Assembly: GCF_006345805.1 (NCBI RefSeq)
Contig: NC_043017.1
Coordinates: forward strand, 17,174,001-17,238,000
DNA: 64,000 bases
Reading direction: 5' to 3'
Source: Octopus sinensis
Taxonomy: Eukaryota
The notes beneath the pieces were generated by a model. That model did no database searches. It was given only the letters and a program-made list of their open reading frames with translations, and was not told the origin of the DNA. This document shows positions 49,649-63,648 of this stretch, one piece after another. Every line of letters starts with the position of its first letter. Position 1 is the first letter of the stretch. The translations under genes were made by a program, and so were the position numbers.

Positions 49649-50563
49649 CTCACACACAGGCACATACAAGGACACATATACATACATCAATATTGCCAAT
49701 CTCCATCTCTGTGGCAATTCCGGCTTCTTCCGTCTTCACTCCAGTCAATTTCATTCTTTCCTCACTCTGGCGTTCACAAATGTACGAGAAATATTGCGAC
49801 TACACTTAATCCACTACAACATGCCCTTACTTTCCTTTGCCAAAACACTCATTATTATTTTTGGAAGGCAACAGTCGAAGACGACATCGTGTTCTTGGTG
49901 GTCAGCGTGGTTCTGAATCTGTGGTGTCTCCTATTGGCCATACTAGGGGACCTCCTATATCAGGAAGCTCACATCAACCGTGTATTCACATATTTTGTAC
50001 ACAAGGTATACTTATTCCATCTCTTCAAATCCACCCATTCCACCCGTATATCTTCATGCAAACTTTCACTCACATTGCAAAATGCCCTTGTAAAATGCTC
50101 CTCATCAGACAATCACTTCCTGTGGCAAATCATCACAATTATTATTCGGACAAAACGCTTAACAGCATTTTTTCCGGCCTTTTCCAATCTGAGTTCAATT
50201 CATGCGGAAGTCAGATTTGTCCTTCATCCTTTCGGGGTCAGTAAAAGTTGCAGACAATTACTGAGTGACAATGTCATCGACAAAATCCCTCCCACTATAG
50301 TTGCTAGCCTTCTCTCAAAATTTGAAATAATAATAATAAATAATAATAATAATAATAATAATAAATAACAATTTCGAATTTTGCCACAAAAGTTGCATTT
50401 GGGGGGAGAGGGAATGAGTCGATTATATCGACCCCAGTGTTCAACTGGTACTTATTTTATCGACTCTCAAAGGATGAAAGGCAAAGTCGACTTAGGAGGA
50501 ATTTTAACTCAGAATGTAAAGACAGACGAAATGCTGTGCTATCGATTCTGCCAGCTCGCCGCC

Positions 50564-50611
<48 letters not shown>

Positions 50612-51901
50612 GCTCCCATGCTGTTCCAAGCGGTAGCTCTCGTGGCTTCTGATCTTAACAGATTGGATGTGTTATAATTTGCATCGTTTTGTCTTGGTAT
50701 AAAAGATGAGCCACAGCAAATATTCTGCTCAATACCACAGATTTGCTTGTCAGTTGTTTCACCTTAACCAGTTGAGCATGTCCCTTAGTGGCAGACGATA
50801 CGTGCATCTCTGATCACGAGCAGAAGTAGTGGGGGAGCATCATAGCCATGTGTTAAAAGGAATTCTTTCGAGGTTACAAAGAATAGTCCTGGGGACGATT
50901 TGCTCGACTAAAGGCGGTGCTCCAGCATGGTCGCAGTCAAACGACTGAAACAAATAAAAGAGTAGCTGTCGCACTGGTGTCATCAAGACGATAAAGACAG
51001 CAGTGACAGTAAAAGTGATAGCAATGATGATGATGATGATGAGGAGGAGGAGGAGAACAACGACGATTATTATAGTTTGTTCTAATCACCATAGAGGTGT
51101 AACGGTGATGATGGAAGTCCTTTGGTGATGGTTTCGGTACTGCTTTCACTCGTGGTAGTGGAATTAGCAATACGTTTAATAGCAGGACTATTTGGATTAA
51201 AGCCAGTGTCTGCAGAATATTTATCGTGGTTCTGCATAATATTCCACCATTTATATCACAACAGCCATCTTGACACAATCGATATGGAGATGAGTGGGAA
51301 CGGTGGTGAAGAGGAAGGTACGCTTAGATATGATGGCAACGGAAGATTCACATTCACGGACGGACACACATATGTACAAAGACTAATAGTCATATAAATA
51401 TATATTATATATATATAATAATTTAATATATATAAAATAATTTATATATATATAATAATAATAATAATAATATTATACTAATAATAATAATAATTTATAT
51501 ATATAATTTGTGACTACCTACAGTTTCGATGATAGGTAGATAGACGGATAGATAGATATACTACATGAATGAGGGAGAGAGAGAGTGTGTGTGTATGTGT
51601 TGGTGTAGCTATATGTGTATAGATATGCGCATGCGCAATGGATTGTGTTGTGTTCAGCCAGTGAACAGCTTTAACTGCGAATCAATAAACACAATCATGT
51701 AACTTCTCATATTTTATCTGTTTATGTTCTGACTGGTGTAATGACTTGTGAATATGTGTGCGCGCGCGCGTGTGTGTATGTGCGCACGCGCGCACGTGTT
51801 TGTGTCTGGATAGAGAAACACACAAGACTGTGCGTATGAATATAAGAGTGAGCATAAAACATGTACACGTATATATATATATATATATATGCATATAGAT
51901 A

Positions 51902-52322
51902 GGCGCAGGAGTGGCTGTTTGGTAAGTAGCTTGCTAACCAACCACATGGTTCCGGGTTCAGTCCCACTGCGTGGCATCTTGGGCAAGTGTCTTCTGCTAT
52001 AGCCCCGGGCCAACCAATGCCTTGTGAGTGGATTTGGTAGACGGAAACTGAAAAGAAGCCCGTCGTATATATGTATATATATATATATATGTATGTGTGT
52101 GTTTGTGTGTCTGTGTTTGTCCCCCTAGCATTGCTTGACAACCGATGCTGGTGTGTTTACATCCCCGTCACTTAGCGGTTCGGCAAAAGAGACCGATAGA
52201 ATAAGTACTGGGCTTACAAAGAATAAGTCCCGGGGTCAATTTGCTCGACTAAAGGCGGTGCTCCAGCATGGCCGCAGTCAAATGACTGAAACAAGTAAAA
52301 AGAGTAAAAGAGAAAAAGAGTA
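51902..52322 (+). mobile_element. SINE family A, full length
   Basis: Near-identical to the 8071 copy. Confidence 0.9.
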
Positions 52323-52384
52323 AATATATATATATATATGTGTACCTATGTGACTGTGTGTGTATACGCAGGCACGTATATATA

Positions 52385-52567
52385 TTTCTTTATTGCCCAC
52401 AGGGGTCTAAACAAGGACAGACAAAGGGATTAAGTCGATTACATCGGCCCCGAAAGGATGAAAGGCAAAGACGACCTAGGCGGAATTTGAACTCAGAACG
52501 TAACGGCAGACGAAATATCGCTAAGCATTTCGTCTGGTGTACTAACGATTCTGCCAGCTCGCCGTCC
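52385..52567 (-). mobile_element. SINE family B, internally deleted
   Basis: Homologous to 1680-1908. Confidence 0.85.
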
Positions 52568-52787
52568 TACACATACATATATATATATATACGCATATAT
52601 CCATACATATATATATGCAGAGGGGGGGGCGGTATGCATGGGCGACTCCTGGTCTTCCATAAACAACCCTGCCCAGTAACTTTCTAGGTGCAATCCCATG
52701 GTCAGTCATGACCAAAGGGGGTTTCAGAGATATATATACGCATATATGGCGCTTGAAGATACGCCGTAAGGCTAACCCCATTATACA

Positions 52788-52840
<53 letters not shown>

Positions 52841-53934
52841 ACTACGGCTGCATTTTAATTCAGTAAGTAATGCGTCAGTTTTTCCTGCTGCCGCTCCAAC
52901 GATTCTGCCAATACAAGTACATTATTTGACGACACGGAAGAATGAAAGGCAAGGTCAGTCTCAGTCAGATTTTAACTTTAAACACAGACGGCCAGAACGA
53001 ATAACGCCAAGCTATTTTACTCGACGCTCTGACAAATCTGCTTACTGGCCACCATTTTGTTGCAGCAATAACTTAACAGTTGTCTCATGTTACAGATATA
53101 ATATACTCAATTGGAATTTAACGAGGCTTTAATAGGATGTTAAAGGCAACAATGGCAATATTTTTGATAGAAAATACACCACCAAAACGTCGGCTCAGAA
53201 AGATAGTCTTTACCACGAACACATGGATGTAGAAAATAAATAATAATGATATATATCTACTGTATGTTAGACTATAAAAATATTTAAGTACACAATAAAG
53301 GAAAACTATTACAAATAGTGAGAACAGATGGTGAAAAAATGAAGTATAGCATGATTTTGTGGTTTAACTTCTTAAGGGAGTCTAATAAGTGTAAAATAGA
53401 AGCCGGAGTAACAATAAAGTAACTCGTTCAGGTGTAATAGAGATGACAGAACAGGGGAGATTAGCTAAAACTAAAACCTTTAAAAACTACGGATTATAAA
53501 ATGTCGTTGTGAGTTTCCGGGGACAATATCTATCAACATCATCATAACCACTACCACCACCACCACTGCCACTACTATCATTATCACAACTACCCACCAT
53601 CACTACTACAACTACCGCAACCATCAATGCCGCGTCCAGTGTTTCTGTATTTACATCCCCGTAACTTAGCGGTTTGGCATAAGAGTTCGATAGAATAAGT
53701 ACCAGCCTTTAAAAAGTAAAGTCTGGGGTCGATTCGTTGGACTAATGACTGGGATAGGTAAAAGATAAAAAAAAAAGTTAATATTAAAGTCTAAATAAAC
53801 GTGAAAAACAAAGAAATGTCACACTTTCAGAATAAGCACACATCACAATTTTTAATTATTTTTACCTCCGAAAGTTTTTCATATACCAACGTTTTACATA
53901 AAATTATAATTGCTTTTTATAAAATTATAATTAA

Positions 53935-54332
53935 CTAGCAGTATCGCCCGGCGTTGCTCGGGTTTGTAAGGGAAATAACTATATAAGCATTTTTAGAGAG
54001 TTATAGCCAAAAAATAGCAAAAAAATGCATTAAAAATGAAAAAAAAAATGATGGTAATTTTTTTTTTAAATCGTTGACTCATCGTAGACATTTTTAGAGA
54101 GTTACTTCCCTTATATAATAGCGAAAAAATGCATTAAAATGGGAAAAAATGATGGTAAAATTTTTTTAAATCGTAGACTCATCGTAGACTCGCGCTAATA
54201 CGCAGAAGGGCTCGGTATGAATCACGACTATAAGATACCCGGTTTTGGTTAAACTGCACCGCAAAATGTGGGAGTAGTTAGGAATCTAAATCGTAGGAGA
54301 CAGACACATAACTTGACTTTTATATATAAAGA
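53935..54332 (-). mobile_element. Non-autonomous Helitron
   Basis: Reverse complement of the 59642 copy. Confidence 0.85.
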
Positions 54333-55250
54333 TTTTCCCAAATTAATTGCACTCCATATTCGAAGCTCCGTTGAAGCTGCTGAATGTTATTCAGGCACTC
54401 AACTATAAGTCCACTGTGTCTTATAGCAGAAACAGATGTAGGCTGGTGAAGGTTATAATATAACCATCGTTTTTCCTGCATCATCTTTTTTTCTTCTTCT
54501 TACCGCTCTATACTCGTCTAACACTTCGTTCTGAAACATACGCATATTGAGTTCTACACCGGGTTATTAATCTCGCAGTGCCTAAGCGAAATATTAAACT
54601 GTAAGTAGGTAAAGAAAGATTAATAATTATCATTCTAATTAGTATTGATAATTGTCCTTTTAATTAGCAATTGATTAAAAGATAGGTTTAAAATAAAATA
54701 TAATCAGTAAAGGCATATTCCACTATCCTTCTTTTCTTCCGTTTTTGCCTAAGAGTGCACTTAGCTATTCAGAAGGTTACAGCTTAACCTTGATTGCTTT
54801 GGGATATTAAAAGAGAAAATTAGAAGAAAACAATGAACGAAGAAACGAAATGGGTAGGAAGGAAGACGAAGGAAGGCACCAAAAGAAGAAAAAAAACGAA
54901 CGAACGAACGAAAGAGATATGGAGAGAAAGACGGAAGGAGTGAAGAAAGGAAGGATTAAAGACAATCGTTTAGTCATTATTGTCTGAAGACAATCGTGAA
55001 AGGAAAAGGTTTTCTTTTAATCAATGTTGTGGCTGCTGTTGTGGCGGTGTTTTTTTTTTGTTTTTTTTTATTAATTACTATGCCTCTGGGATCAAGGTTA
55101 ATAATGCCAATAACGTCCTACTTCTACTCACCATCATCATCATCACATCATCACTGTGATAAGCCAGAGGAGGAGGCGAGGTATACAAAAAGTAGGTGGG
55201 TGGGTGGGTGGTGTCATTTGTATTATGACTAAATTTCCAGTTATACTACT

Positions 55251-55274
55251 ACTACAACAACAACAATAATAATG

Positions 55275-55338
<64 letters not shown>

Positions 55339-55500
55339 TAATAATAATATAATAATAATAATATAATAATGATGATAATAATGATAATGATAATAATATA
55401 ATAATAATAATGATGATAATAATGATGATAATAATGATGATAATAATAATAATAATAATAATAATATAATAATAATAATAATAATAATAATAGTAATGAG
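55251..55500. repeat. (TAA)n/(TGA)n trinucleotide array
   Basis: Direct reading. Confidence 0.95.
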
Positions 55501-55637
55501 TTTTTCTGGTAAATTTCTAGATTTCATGGTTTCCAAGCAATAAAATTAATATTGTTAATTGCTATGGTTCCAGGTTCAAGGTTAAATTGGACTAAATTAC
55601 CTTGAAAGTCATCACGGAACTTTATTAATCCTGTAAT

Positions 55638-55698
<61 letters not shown>

Positions 55699-56066
55699 GC
55701 AGACACACAGACAGTATAGTAAGGTGGAGAAACAGTGATAGGAGATTAGTGAGGAAGAAATAAAGAAAACAATACGAAGACAGAAACCTAAAGATGGTTA
55801 ATAATTGTCTGCTTAATAAATCTTAGGATCGATTTGGTCAGGTAGAGCTTCAATTAAATATGCGAACTTGTCCTCATTGCACACACACACACACACATAT
55901 AGAGTATCCATCGCTTTCGAAGCGGAAGATTCGATCTACTGAATTACCTGCTCCAGTATTAGTTTGTAAGTGGTTGAGTATTTTACAAACATATTCTTAA
56001 TGTAATTCCCCGGCAAAAATCAGTTTACTTCGCAAACATATTGTAAATAACGTCTGTCTGTCTGTC

Positions 56067-56112
<46 letters not shown>

Positions 56113-56509
56113 AGATGCAGAGACGATATTTCCTATATTCATCACGTGCTGGTATACATTCAATACATTTTAGGATTTCTTCAAAGCCAGACGGAAAATA
56201 TCACGAAAAGTATATATTACTTCTAAGTAGCTGCTTCTTTCTTTCTCTCTCTCTCTCTCCTTCTCTCTCTCATATATCTGATGCCATCTACTAAAACACA
56301 TGCTGATAAAACAAATACACAACAGGCACACTTAAATAGTTCGGTAACAGAAAGTGACACGTGCTTCAAATATGAGCCGGAGTCTACATTAGGTACCATT
56401 TTTTTTCGAAAATCTTTAAACCTAATACCACTTCTAACAAACATTAGCAAACTCCAAGCAACAGTAGATGACCTGCACAATTACTCAACCTGCTATATGC
56501 TGCTACTGT

Positions 56510-56881
56510 TTGTTTGTTTGTTGAGCGAAGCGGTCTTCGTCTGTAGTGGAAGAAGTCCGAAACGTGGTCCTTTGCTATTCGTAAGACCCGCAGAAGAGAA
56601 AGCAGGTCAACCCCCGACGCCCAGAGCATCGACGGATGGATGAATGCGCATCCAGGCTCAGCGGCTGCGTAGGAAGTCGGGGACAAGAAACAGGAAGAAA
56701 GAGTGAGAGAAAGTTGGAGCGAAAGAGTACAACAGGGGTCGCAACCACCCCCTGCCGGAGCCTGGTGGAGCTTTAGGTGTTTTCGCTCAATAAACACATA
56801 CAACGCCCGGTCAGGGAATCGAAACCGCGATCCTCCGACCGCGAGTCCGCTGCCCGAACCACTGGGCCATTGCGCCTCCAC
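56510..56881 (-). mobile_element. SINE family C, alternative tail type, 12-bp TSD
   Basis: TSD TGCTGCTACTGT at 56498-56509 and 56882-56893. Same head as the 15726 copy, different 3' half, (CAAA)n tail. Confidence 0.87.
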
Positions 56882-57925
56882 TGCTGCTACTGTACTCAAC
56901 GTGTTCTATCACTTTGAATGACATTTGCGAATTACATAGCGAACTGAAAAGGTGGTCGCTTGTGGATCTTGCAAAATATATTCTTTCTCCGATTAGAAAA
57001 TACTCTTCGAATGTTCGACATTCAATCTGATATTCAAAAACAAAATCCTAAAAATGATCAACAGCGGCATAAGACAAAATATATCCTGCGGCATTAAGAG
57101 ACACAGTTCAAAAGCATTGCAAGCAAAGGAAGGAAAGAGTCGACATGCAATTGTCGAAGTCTAGAGCTTTTCTTCTTACATCCGAATGGCAACTGCATCG
57201 AAAAATATGTCTACGTTTCTACTAGCGATAATCTATCTGGCGATCAGAAATAATACGTCGTCATGAAGCCAAGCTTTGCAGCATTTCCTTTAATGGTTGC
57301 CTGCATCAGCATAACAAGTTCTGCCACCGGCATCTGCACAATGTTACGAACACTTGCAAAATATATTTGCAAATGGAAAGCCAAATTTGAGAATGCCAGA
57401 ATTCCACAGGCAATATTAAATATGGTGTCGGCACTTAAAAATGTATCGAAGGTTGTACCAAATCTGCTTTGTAGAGATATTGCATTCATGAACCTCCCTG
57501 CCCCAGTCCTAAACAAACGAACCGAACTAATTTTCACATGCCTGTACACGCCCAAACTTTTCCTCATTAATCACAAATAAGACCAGCCTGTTACATGATT
57601 AAAGTTTTTCATTGCATTCATCCGACGTGTATACTCAACCAAGAGGCTAATTCAGCAAAAACGTGGTTCAGATGTATAATAGTGTTTGCTTTACACATGA
57701 ATAAATATACACCACGTTCTACACACCTCTAATACAAGGGTGTATTTAGCAGGTTTACGTTTTTGATCGAAAACATGAACAAACACAATATCCACATATG
57801 TGTCGGTGCGTGAGAGACAGAGAGAGATTGAGAGACTAAGAGAGTGTGTGTGCTTATTAAACATATTGTATAACACTTCTGTATACACGACGATATTGTA
57901 CTGTTATCTTAGTTATTCATGTCCA

Positions 57926-58337
57926 GGCGCAGGAGTGGCTGTGTGGTAAGTAGTTTGTTTACCAACCACATGGTTCCGGGTTCAGTCCCACTGCATGGAA
58001 CCTTGGGCAAGTGTCTTCTACTATAGCCTCGGGCCGACTAAAGTCTTGTGAGTGGATTTGGTAGACGGAAACTGAAAGAAGCCCGTCGTATATATGTATA
58101 TATATATGCGTGTGTGTGTTTGTGCGTCTGTGTTTGTCCACCTAGCATTGCTTGACAAGCGATGCTGGTGTGTTTATGTCCCCGTAACTTAGCGGTTCGG
58201 CAAAAGAGACCGATAGAATAAGTACTGGGCTTGCAAAAGAATAAGTCCCGGGGTCGAGTTGCTCGATTAAAGGCGGTGCTCCAGCATGGCCGCAGTCAAA
58301 TGACTGAAACAAGTAAAAGAGTAAAAGAGTAAGAGAA
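57926..58337 (+). mobile_element. SINE family A with 14-bp TSD
   Basis: TSD TTAGTTATTCATGT at 57909-57922 and 58342-58355. Confidence 0.92.
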
Positions 58338-58639
58338 TACTTTAGTTATTCATGTAACAATTCAGTTTACGATCCCCGTAAGATATTCTGACATTAACTC
58401 ATTACACTGCAAGATGAGGAAAATGATACCTGATGAGTCTGCGAAGACATACGAAACTAGTCGGTTCGATTGAGTGCCGGAAGTTCTGCGATTTCACATC
58501 GACATTCCAGGTTTATTAAGCGTATTATATGACTCACAAATGCATACGTATTTACAACCATTTAGTATTGGTACCATATATGTATAGGAGTATACATACT
58601 TGTATATAAAATAAATATATGTTTATAAAATAAATTCAT

Positions 58640-59020
58640 ATTTGTGGCTGTATAGTAAGAAGCTTGCTACCCATCCACATAGATCCGGGTTCAGTCCCAC
58701 TGTGCGGCACCTTGCGCAAGTATCTTTTACTATAACCACGGGCCGACCAAAGCCTTGTGAGAGGATTTGGTATGCAGGAAGTGAAAATGCCCGTCATATA
58801 TGTATATATATATATGTGTGTGTGTCATTGTATCCGTGTTTGTCCCCACATCACCGATGCTGGTGTGTTTACGATCCCGTAAGTTAGCGGTTCGGAAAAA
58901 TAGAGCGATAGAATAAGTACTAGGCTTGAAAAATGCCCTGGAGCCGATTTGTTTGACTAAAACCCTTCAAGCAGTGCTCCGGCATGACCGCAGTCAAATG
59001 ACTGAACCAAGAAAAAGATA
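58640..59020 (+). mobile_element. SINE family A, diverged copy
   Basis: Colinear similarity from head to tail. Confidence 0.75.
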
Positions 59021-59429
59021 AATTATTGGTGCACTTTGCAACATTAGCAAATAGTTAAGAGACAAACTTTGCACATGTATTGAATCCGTTATGTAGGAAA
59101 TCCACGTTGATTTATGTGTAAAAATCTGTACAAAATCCTTGTAAGTGTGGTGATATATATAACGAAGTCAACAAGAAGGAGTACAGAGGACCATTTATTT
59201 GTAATCACTATAATTGTTTCCACGCAATGTAGATCTCCAGGTTCGCAGGTATTTGTTTATGTAACCGTTTCCCTTTCATTATGAGATCTGGTTGTGTTTT
59301 CTCGGGTGATGTATAAATATTGTTTCCGTAAACTCAAAATATCGGCTTCAAGCGCATCCTTTGTCTGTTGAGCTTTATACTGCACTCTACTACGTTCTTA
59401 ACCGAATATAACCTTAGTATGTATATATA

Positions 59430-59620
59430 TGTGACCTCGTGTGTACCGTTGGCGATTTTTTTCCTCTGTCTTCCCTTCTCCTATGTTTCCGACGAAGAGC
59501 TCCGCTCGAAACGTTAAACCCTCCTTCTTCCCTTCTTTCCTGAGCGTCCAATAATACTATATTTGTTCCACGTCATCGCGTTGTTGTGTTTTTTTGTGTT
59601 TTCTTGTTTAGATTAACTAT
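59430..59620 (+). mobile_element. Second Penelope-like end family with a minimal HHR motif at 59485-59519
   Basis: GUUU-CCGACGA-A-GAGC UCC GCUC-GAAA-CG-UU-AAAC. Helix III is the ACGU palindrome. Ends at (TA)n. The 3' part recurs at about 37526-37610. Confidence 0.6.
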
Positions 59621-59641
59621 ATATATATATATATATATATA

Positions 59642-60037
59642 TCTTTATATATAAAAGAGAAGTTGTGTGTCTGTCTCCCACGATTTAGATTCCTAACTAC
59701 TCCCACATTTTGCGGTGCAGTTTAACCAAAAGCGGGTATCTTATAGTCGTGATTCATATCGAGCCCTTCTGGGTATTAGCGCGCGTCTACGATGGGTTTA
59801 CGATTTAAAAAAAAATTACCATCATTTTTTCCCATTTTAATGCATTTTTTCGCTATTATATAATGGAAGTAACTCTCTAAAAATGTCTACGATGAGTCAA
59901 CGATTTAAAAAAAATTTACCATATTTTTTTTTTCCATTTTTAATGCATTTTTTGCTATTTTTTGGCTATAACTCACTAAAAATGCTTATATAGTTATTTC
60001 CCTTACAAACCCGAGCAACGCCGGGCGATACTGCTAG
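59642..60037 (+). mobile_element. Non-autonomous Helitron
   Basis: 5' TC terminus, 3' CTAG terminus with subterminal CCCGAGCAACGCCGGG hairpin, inserted between A and T, no TSD. Confidence 0.85.
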
Positions 60038-60719
60038 TATATATATATAACAAATGAACACTGCGGAATTCCTGAGGTAGATAGTCCAGTTGCACGAGGA
60101 TGACATAAGTTAGCCATATACAGTGAAATTGCTTTAATCGGCATATTACAAGGTGTATACCCAAATTTTAGATAATATATATGGACACGCACGCACACAC
60201 ACACATACACATACACAAACATGCATGCACCCCCCCCTACACACAACACAAACGACTTTATTATTATGTTTCTCAATAAAACTCATGAGAAAATATAGTG
60301 TGACATGAATAAATAACCCGCATACACACGACATACACACACGACACACACACGACATACACACACGACACACACGTCTGTTTAAATTCTCATGAGGTTT
60401 GTGGTAAAAATATAATAAAGTCGTTTGTGCTGTGCAGTGGTGTAGTGGTGCGTGTATGCGTGTGTTTGTGTATATATGTGTGTGTGTGTGTACATATGTG
60501 TGTGTGTGTGTGTCTGTCATAAATACACACGCGCGCACACATATACGCACTTACACAGTTAAAGCAAGTTTCGTCTGCAGAGAACAACATATACTGAATG
60601 CATAGATGAGTCAATACATGTGCAAAAGTTTGACATTTATATTTTTATTGAAAGTGACTTCGAAGTCTCACCGGGTATGCCGGTTGTTCTACTAGTGAAC
60701 AAGCCATGACTTGCGAGCG

Positions 60720-61096
60720 TAGGCGTGATTGTACGGCAAGAAGCTTGCTTCCCGACCACATAGTTCCGGGTTCAGTCCTACTTCGTGGTACCTTGGGCAA
60801 GTGTCTTCAACTATAGCGACGGGCCGATTAAAGCCATGTGAGTGGATTTGGTAGACGGAAACTGAAAGAAGCCCGTCGTGTGTATACGTGTGTGTGTGTG
60901 TGTGCGTATGTATTCCCCCACCACCGCTTGACAACCAGCCGGTGTGCCTACGTCCTCATAACTTAGCGGTTCGGCAAAAAAGACCGATACAATAATTATT
61001 AAGCTTTAAAAGAAAATTAGTACCGGGGTTGATTGTTCGACTAAAACCCTTCAACTCGATGCTCCAGCATGGCTGCAACCAAACAAGTAAAAAGAT
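60720..61096 (+). mobile_element. SINE family A, diverged copy
   Basis: Colinear similarity from head to tail. Confidence 0.75.
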
Positions 61097-62067
61097 TATT
61101 TATATATATATTTGTGACACACCTACACACACACACACACACTCACACACACACACCTCCGAAACATGAAAGTGAAATATCGAGAAAGTCATCCCTCGCC
61201 CTACTCAACTCTAAACATCGTCTAGTTCATGCTTGCCCTTCTCCATACACCCCGGGGCTTTTTTCACCCACAGTTTGTAAACGTGGGATTACAGCCTCCT
61301 TCTATTCTGGCACCGTACCACCCAGTCCCTAAACTTATATCGCCTTTATCCTTAACATGAAACCTCGCCAACCTATCACCCCTATCTCCCCAAGAGTAGA
61401 AAAATGTCCCACAGCCTATCCGATTATTAAGTACTTCTCTGCCGACCCCTAATCCTTGTTTTAACCCAAACCCTTTCCCCTCGCCCCATGTATTACTTAC
61501 CCTAAATCATTCTTCACTCTTAAATTTAAGGCTTACTTTCTCTCCTCCCTTAACGACCTCTTACAAAACCCTGAACTTCCAACTCAACCTTCCTACTTCC
61601 CTGCAGCTTTTCCTTTCCTCCCTCGCCCCACCCACCCTCTCTCTCTCTGGGTTTTTTACGACGGGGTCAAACACTGTAATTATCCTCATTTCCGGTCAAG
61701 GTGCGTGAAATGTCACCTCCGTTAAAAAATAGTGTGACACGAATAAGTTTTTAGTAGCTTGCCCTATAAATTTGGTGAAAGAGAGAGCGAGAGAAAGAGA
61801 CCGAGAGAGAGAGAGAGAGAGGTGAAGGAGATGAAGAAGAGAAAGACAGGGTAGGTGAGAGAGAGAGAGCGTGGGAGAGTTTGTGTGTATAAAGTGAGTG
61901 TAAGAATTGGGAGCTAATAGAATGGTTGTTGTTGTTGTGTTGTTGTAGCGGTGACTATATATAACTTTGTTTTGTTATTGTGATTGCAAAGATGGTGGTA
62001 AAGTTGTTAGTGGTGGTGGCCGCCGTTGTATGATGTGTTGTAGCGATGATGATGATGTTTGTTATGA

Positions 62068-62106
62068 TAGGACATGTATACGTGTGTGTGTGTATGTGTG
62101 TGTGTG

Positions 62107-62149
<43 letters not shown>

Positions 62150-62276
62150 GTGCGTGTGTGTGTGTGCGTGTGTGTGTGTGCGTGTGTGTGTGCGTGTGTG
62201 CGTGTGTGTGTGTGCGTGTGTGTGTGTGCGTGTGTGCGTGTGTGTGTGTGCGTGTGTGTGTGTGCGTGTGTGTGAT
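62068..62276. repeat. (TG)n with CG interruptions
   Basis: Direct reading. Confidence 0.95.
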
Positions 62277-63417
62277 TTAAGGTTGCCGGTTTGCTTGTTG
62301 TGTTATGACACATTAAACAAAACACGAAAACCCTGCTCCTTACTCCGAATAATGCCGCATTACTTTCGAAGGAATTCAATGCAGATTTATAGATAGTCAG
62401 TCAGTCAGTTTCTCTCTCTTTCTCTTGGGGTCGACCGCGTCCTCCGCTTCATTTTTTGTTAATCACTCATTCTCATTTAATTGTATATATTTTAATTGTT
62501 TGTTTATTCATGTTTCGTCTCATTCGATACCCTGACCCCAACGTTTGTTTTGTCCCCTCTTTTTCTCAACCTTATGGTGAATAAAGAAATACTCTCTCTC
62601 TCTCTCCCTCTTTCTTCCCTCCCTCTCTTTCCCTATCTCTATCCTCCCTCTCTCTCTCTCTCTTTTACTGTCAATTTCTTTCACTGTCGCTGTTTGTATC
62701 TCTGTCTTCCTCTCACTCTCTCAATGTCTGCCTGTCTGTCACTCTCTCTGTCTCACTGTACCTGTTTGTTGGTCTTTCTCTCACTATCTTCGTCTTTCTC
62801 TCTTTTTCTCTCTTCCTCTCACTCACTGTCTGCCCATCTTTCATTATCTCTGCATCACTGATTGTCAATCTGTCTGTCTCTCTCTATTTTCGCGTTCACT
62901 GTCTACTTGTTTCTCTCTTCTCTCTCGACACAACGCCACCAGTTTTGACGAGATTCTAATAAATTAGAGAATCTGAACTCTCAGAACTCAAAGACCGGAA
63001 TGAATACCACAAGGCACCTCGCCGTCCATTTAATATCTTTGAGTGTTGTCTATCGACATTCGAATGATAAAAGGCAGAGTTATCCTGAACGGCATTTGAA
63101 CTCGAGAGCAGAGGTTCGAGACAAGTACGTTAAACATTTGATCCAGAGCGCCATCGACTCCACCGCATAAGCAATACCAATGATTATATTGTTTCTAATT
63201 TTTATGACCATGAATTTTAAAAGGAGATATATGTCGATCAAATCGACCCCAGTGCTTGATTGGTACTTTATCGACGCCGAAAATAAAATGAAAGGCAAAG
63301 TCGACTTCGGCGGAATTTGATCTCAGAACTTGAAAGAGCCGAAAGAAAAGGCTGCTAAGTATTTTGTGTGAAGCGCTAACGATTCTGCTTTGATATAATG
63401 GTATCTGATGAGAACAA

Positions 63418-63648
63418 GGCGGTGAGCTGGCAGAATCGTTAGCACGCCGGGCGAAATGCGTAGCCGTATTTCGTCTGCCGTTACGTTCTGAGTTCAAATT
63501 CCGCAGAGGTCGACTTTGCCTTTCATCCTTTATGGGTCGATAAATTAAGGACCAGTTACGCACTGGGGTCTATATAATCGACTTAATCCGTTTGTCTGTC
63601 CTTGATTGTCCTCTCCGTGTTTAGCCCCTTGTGGGTAGTAAAGAAATA
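63418..63648 (+). mobile_element. SINE family B, preceded by an older inverted relative at about 63200-63390
   Basis: Homology to 4282-4511. Confidence 0.88.
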
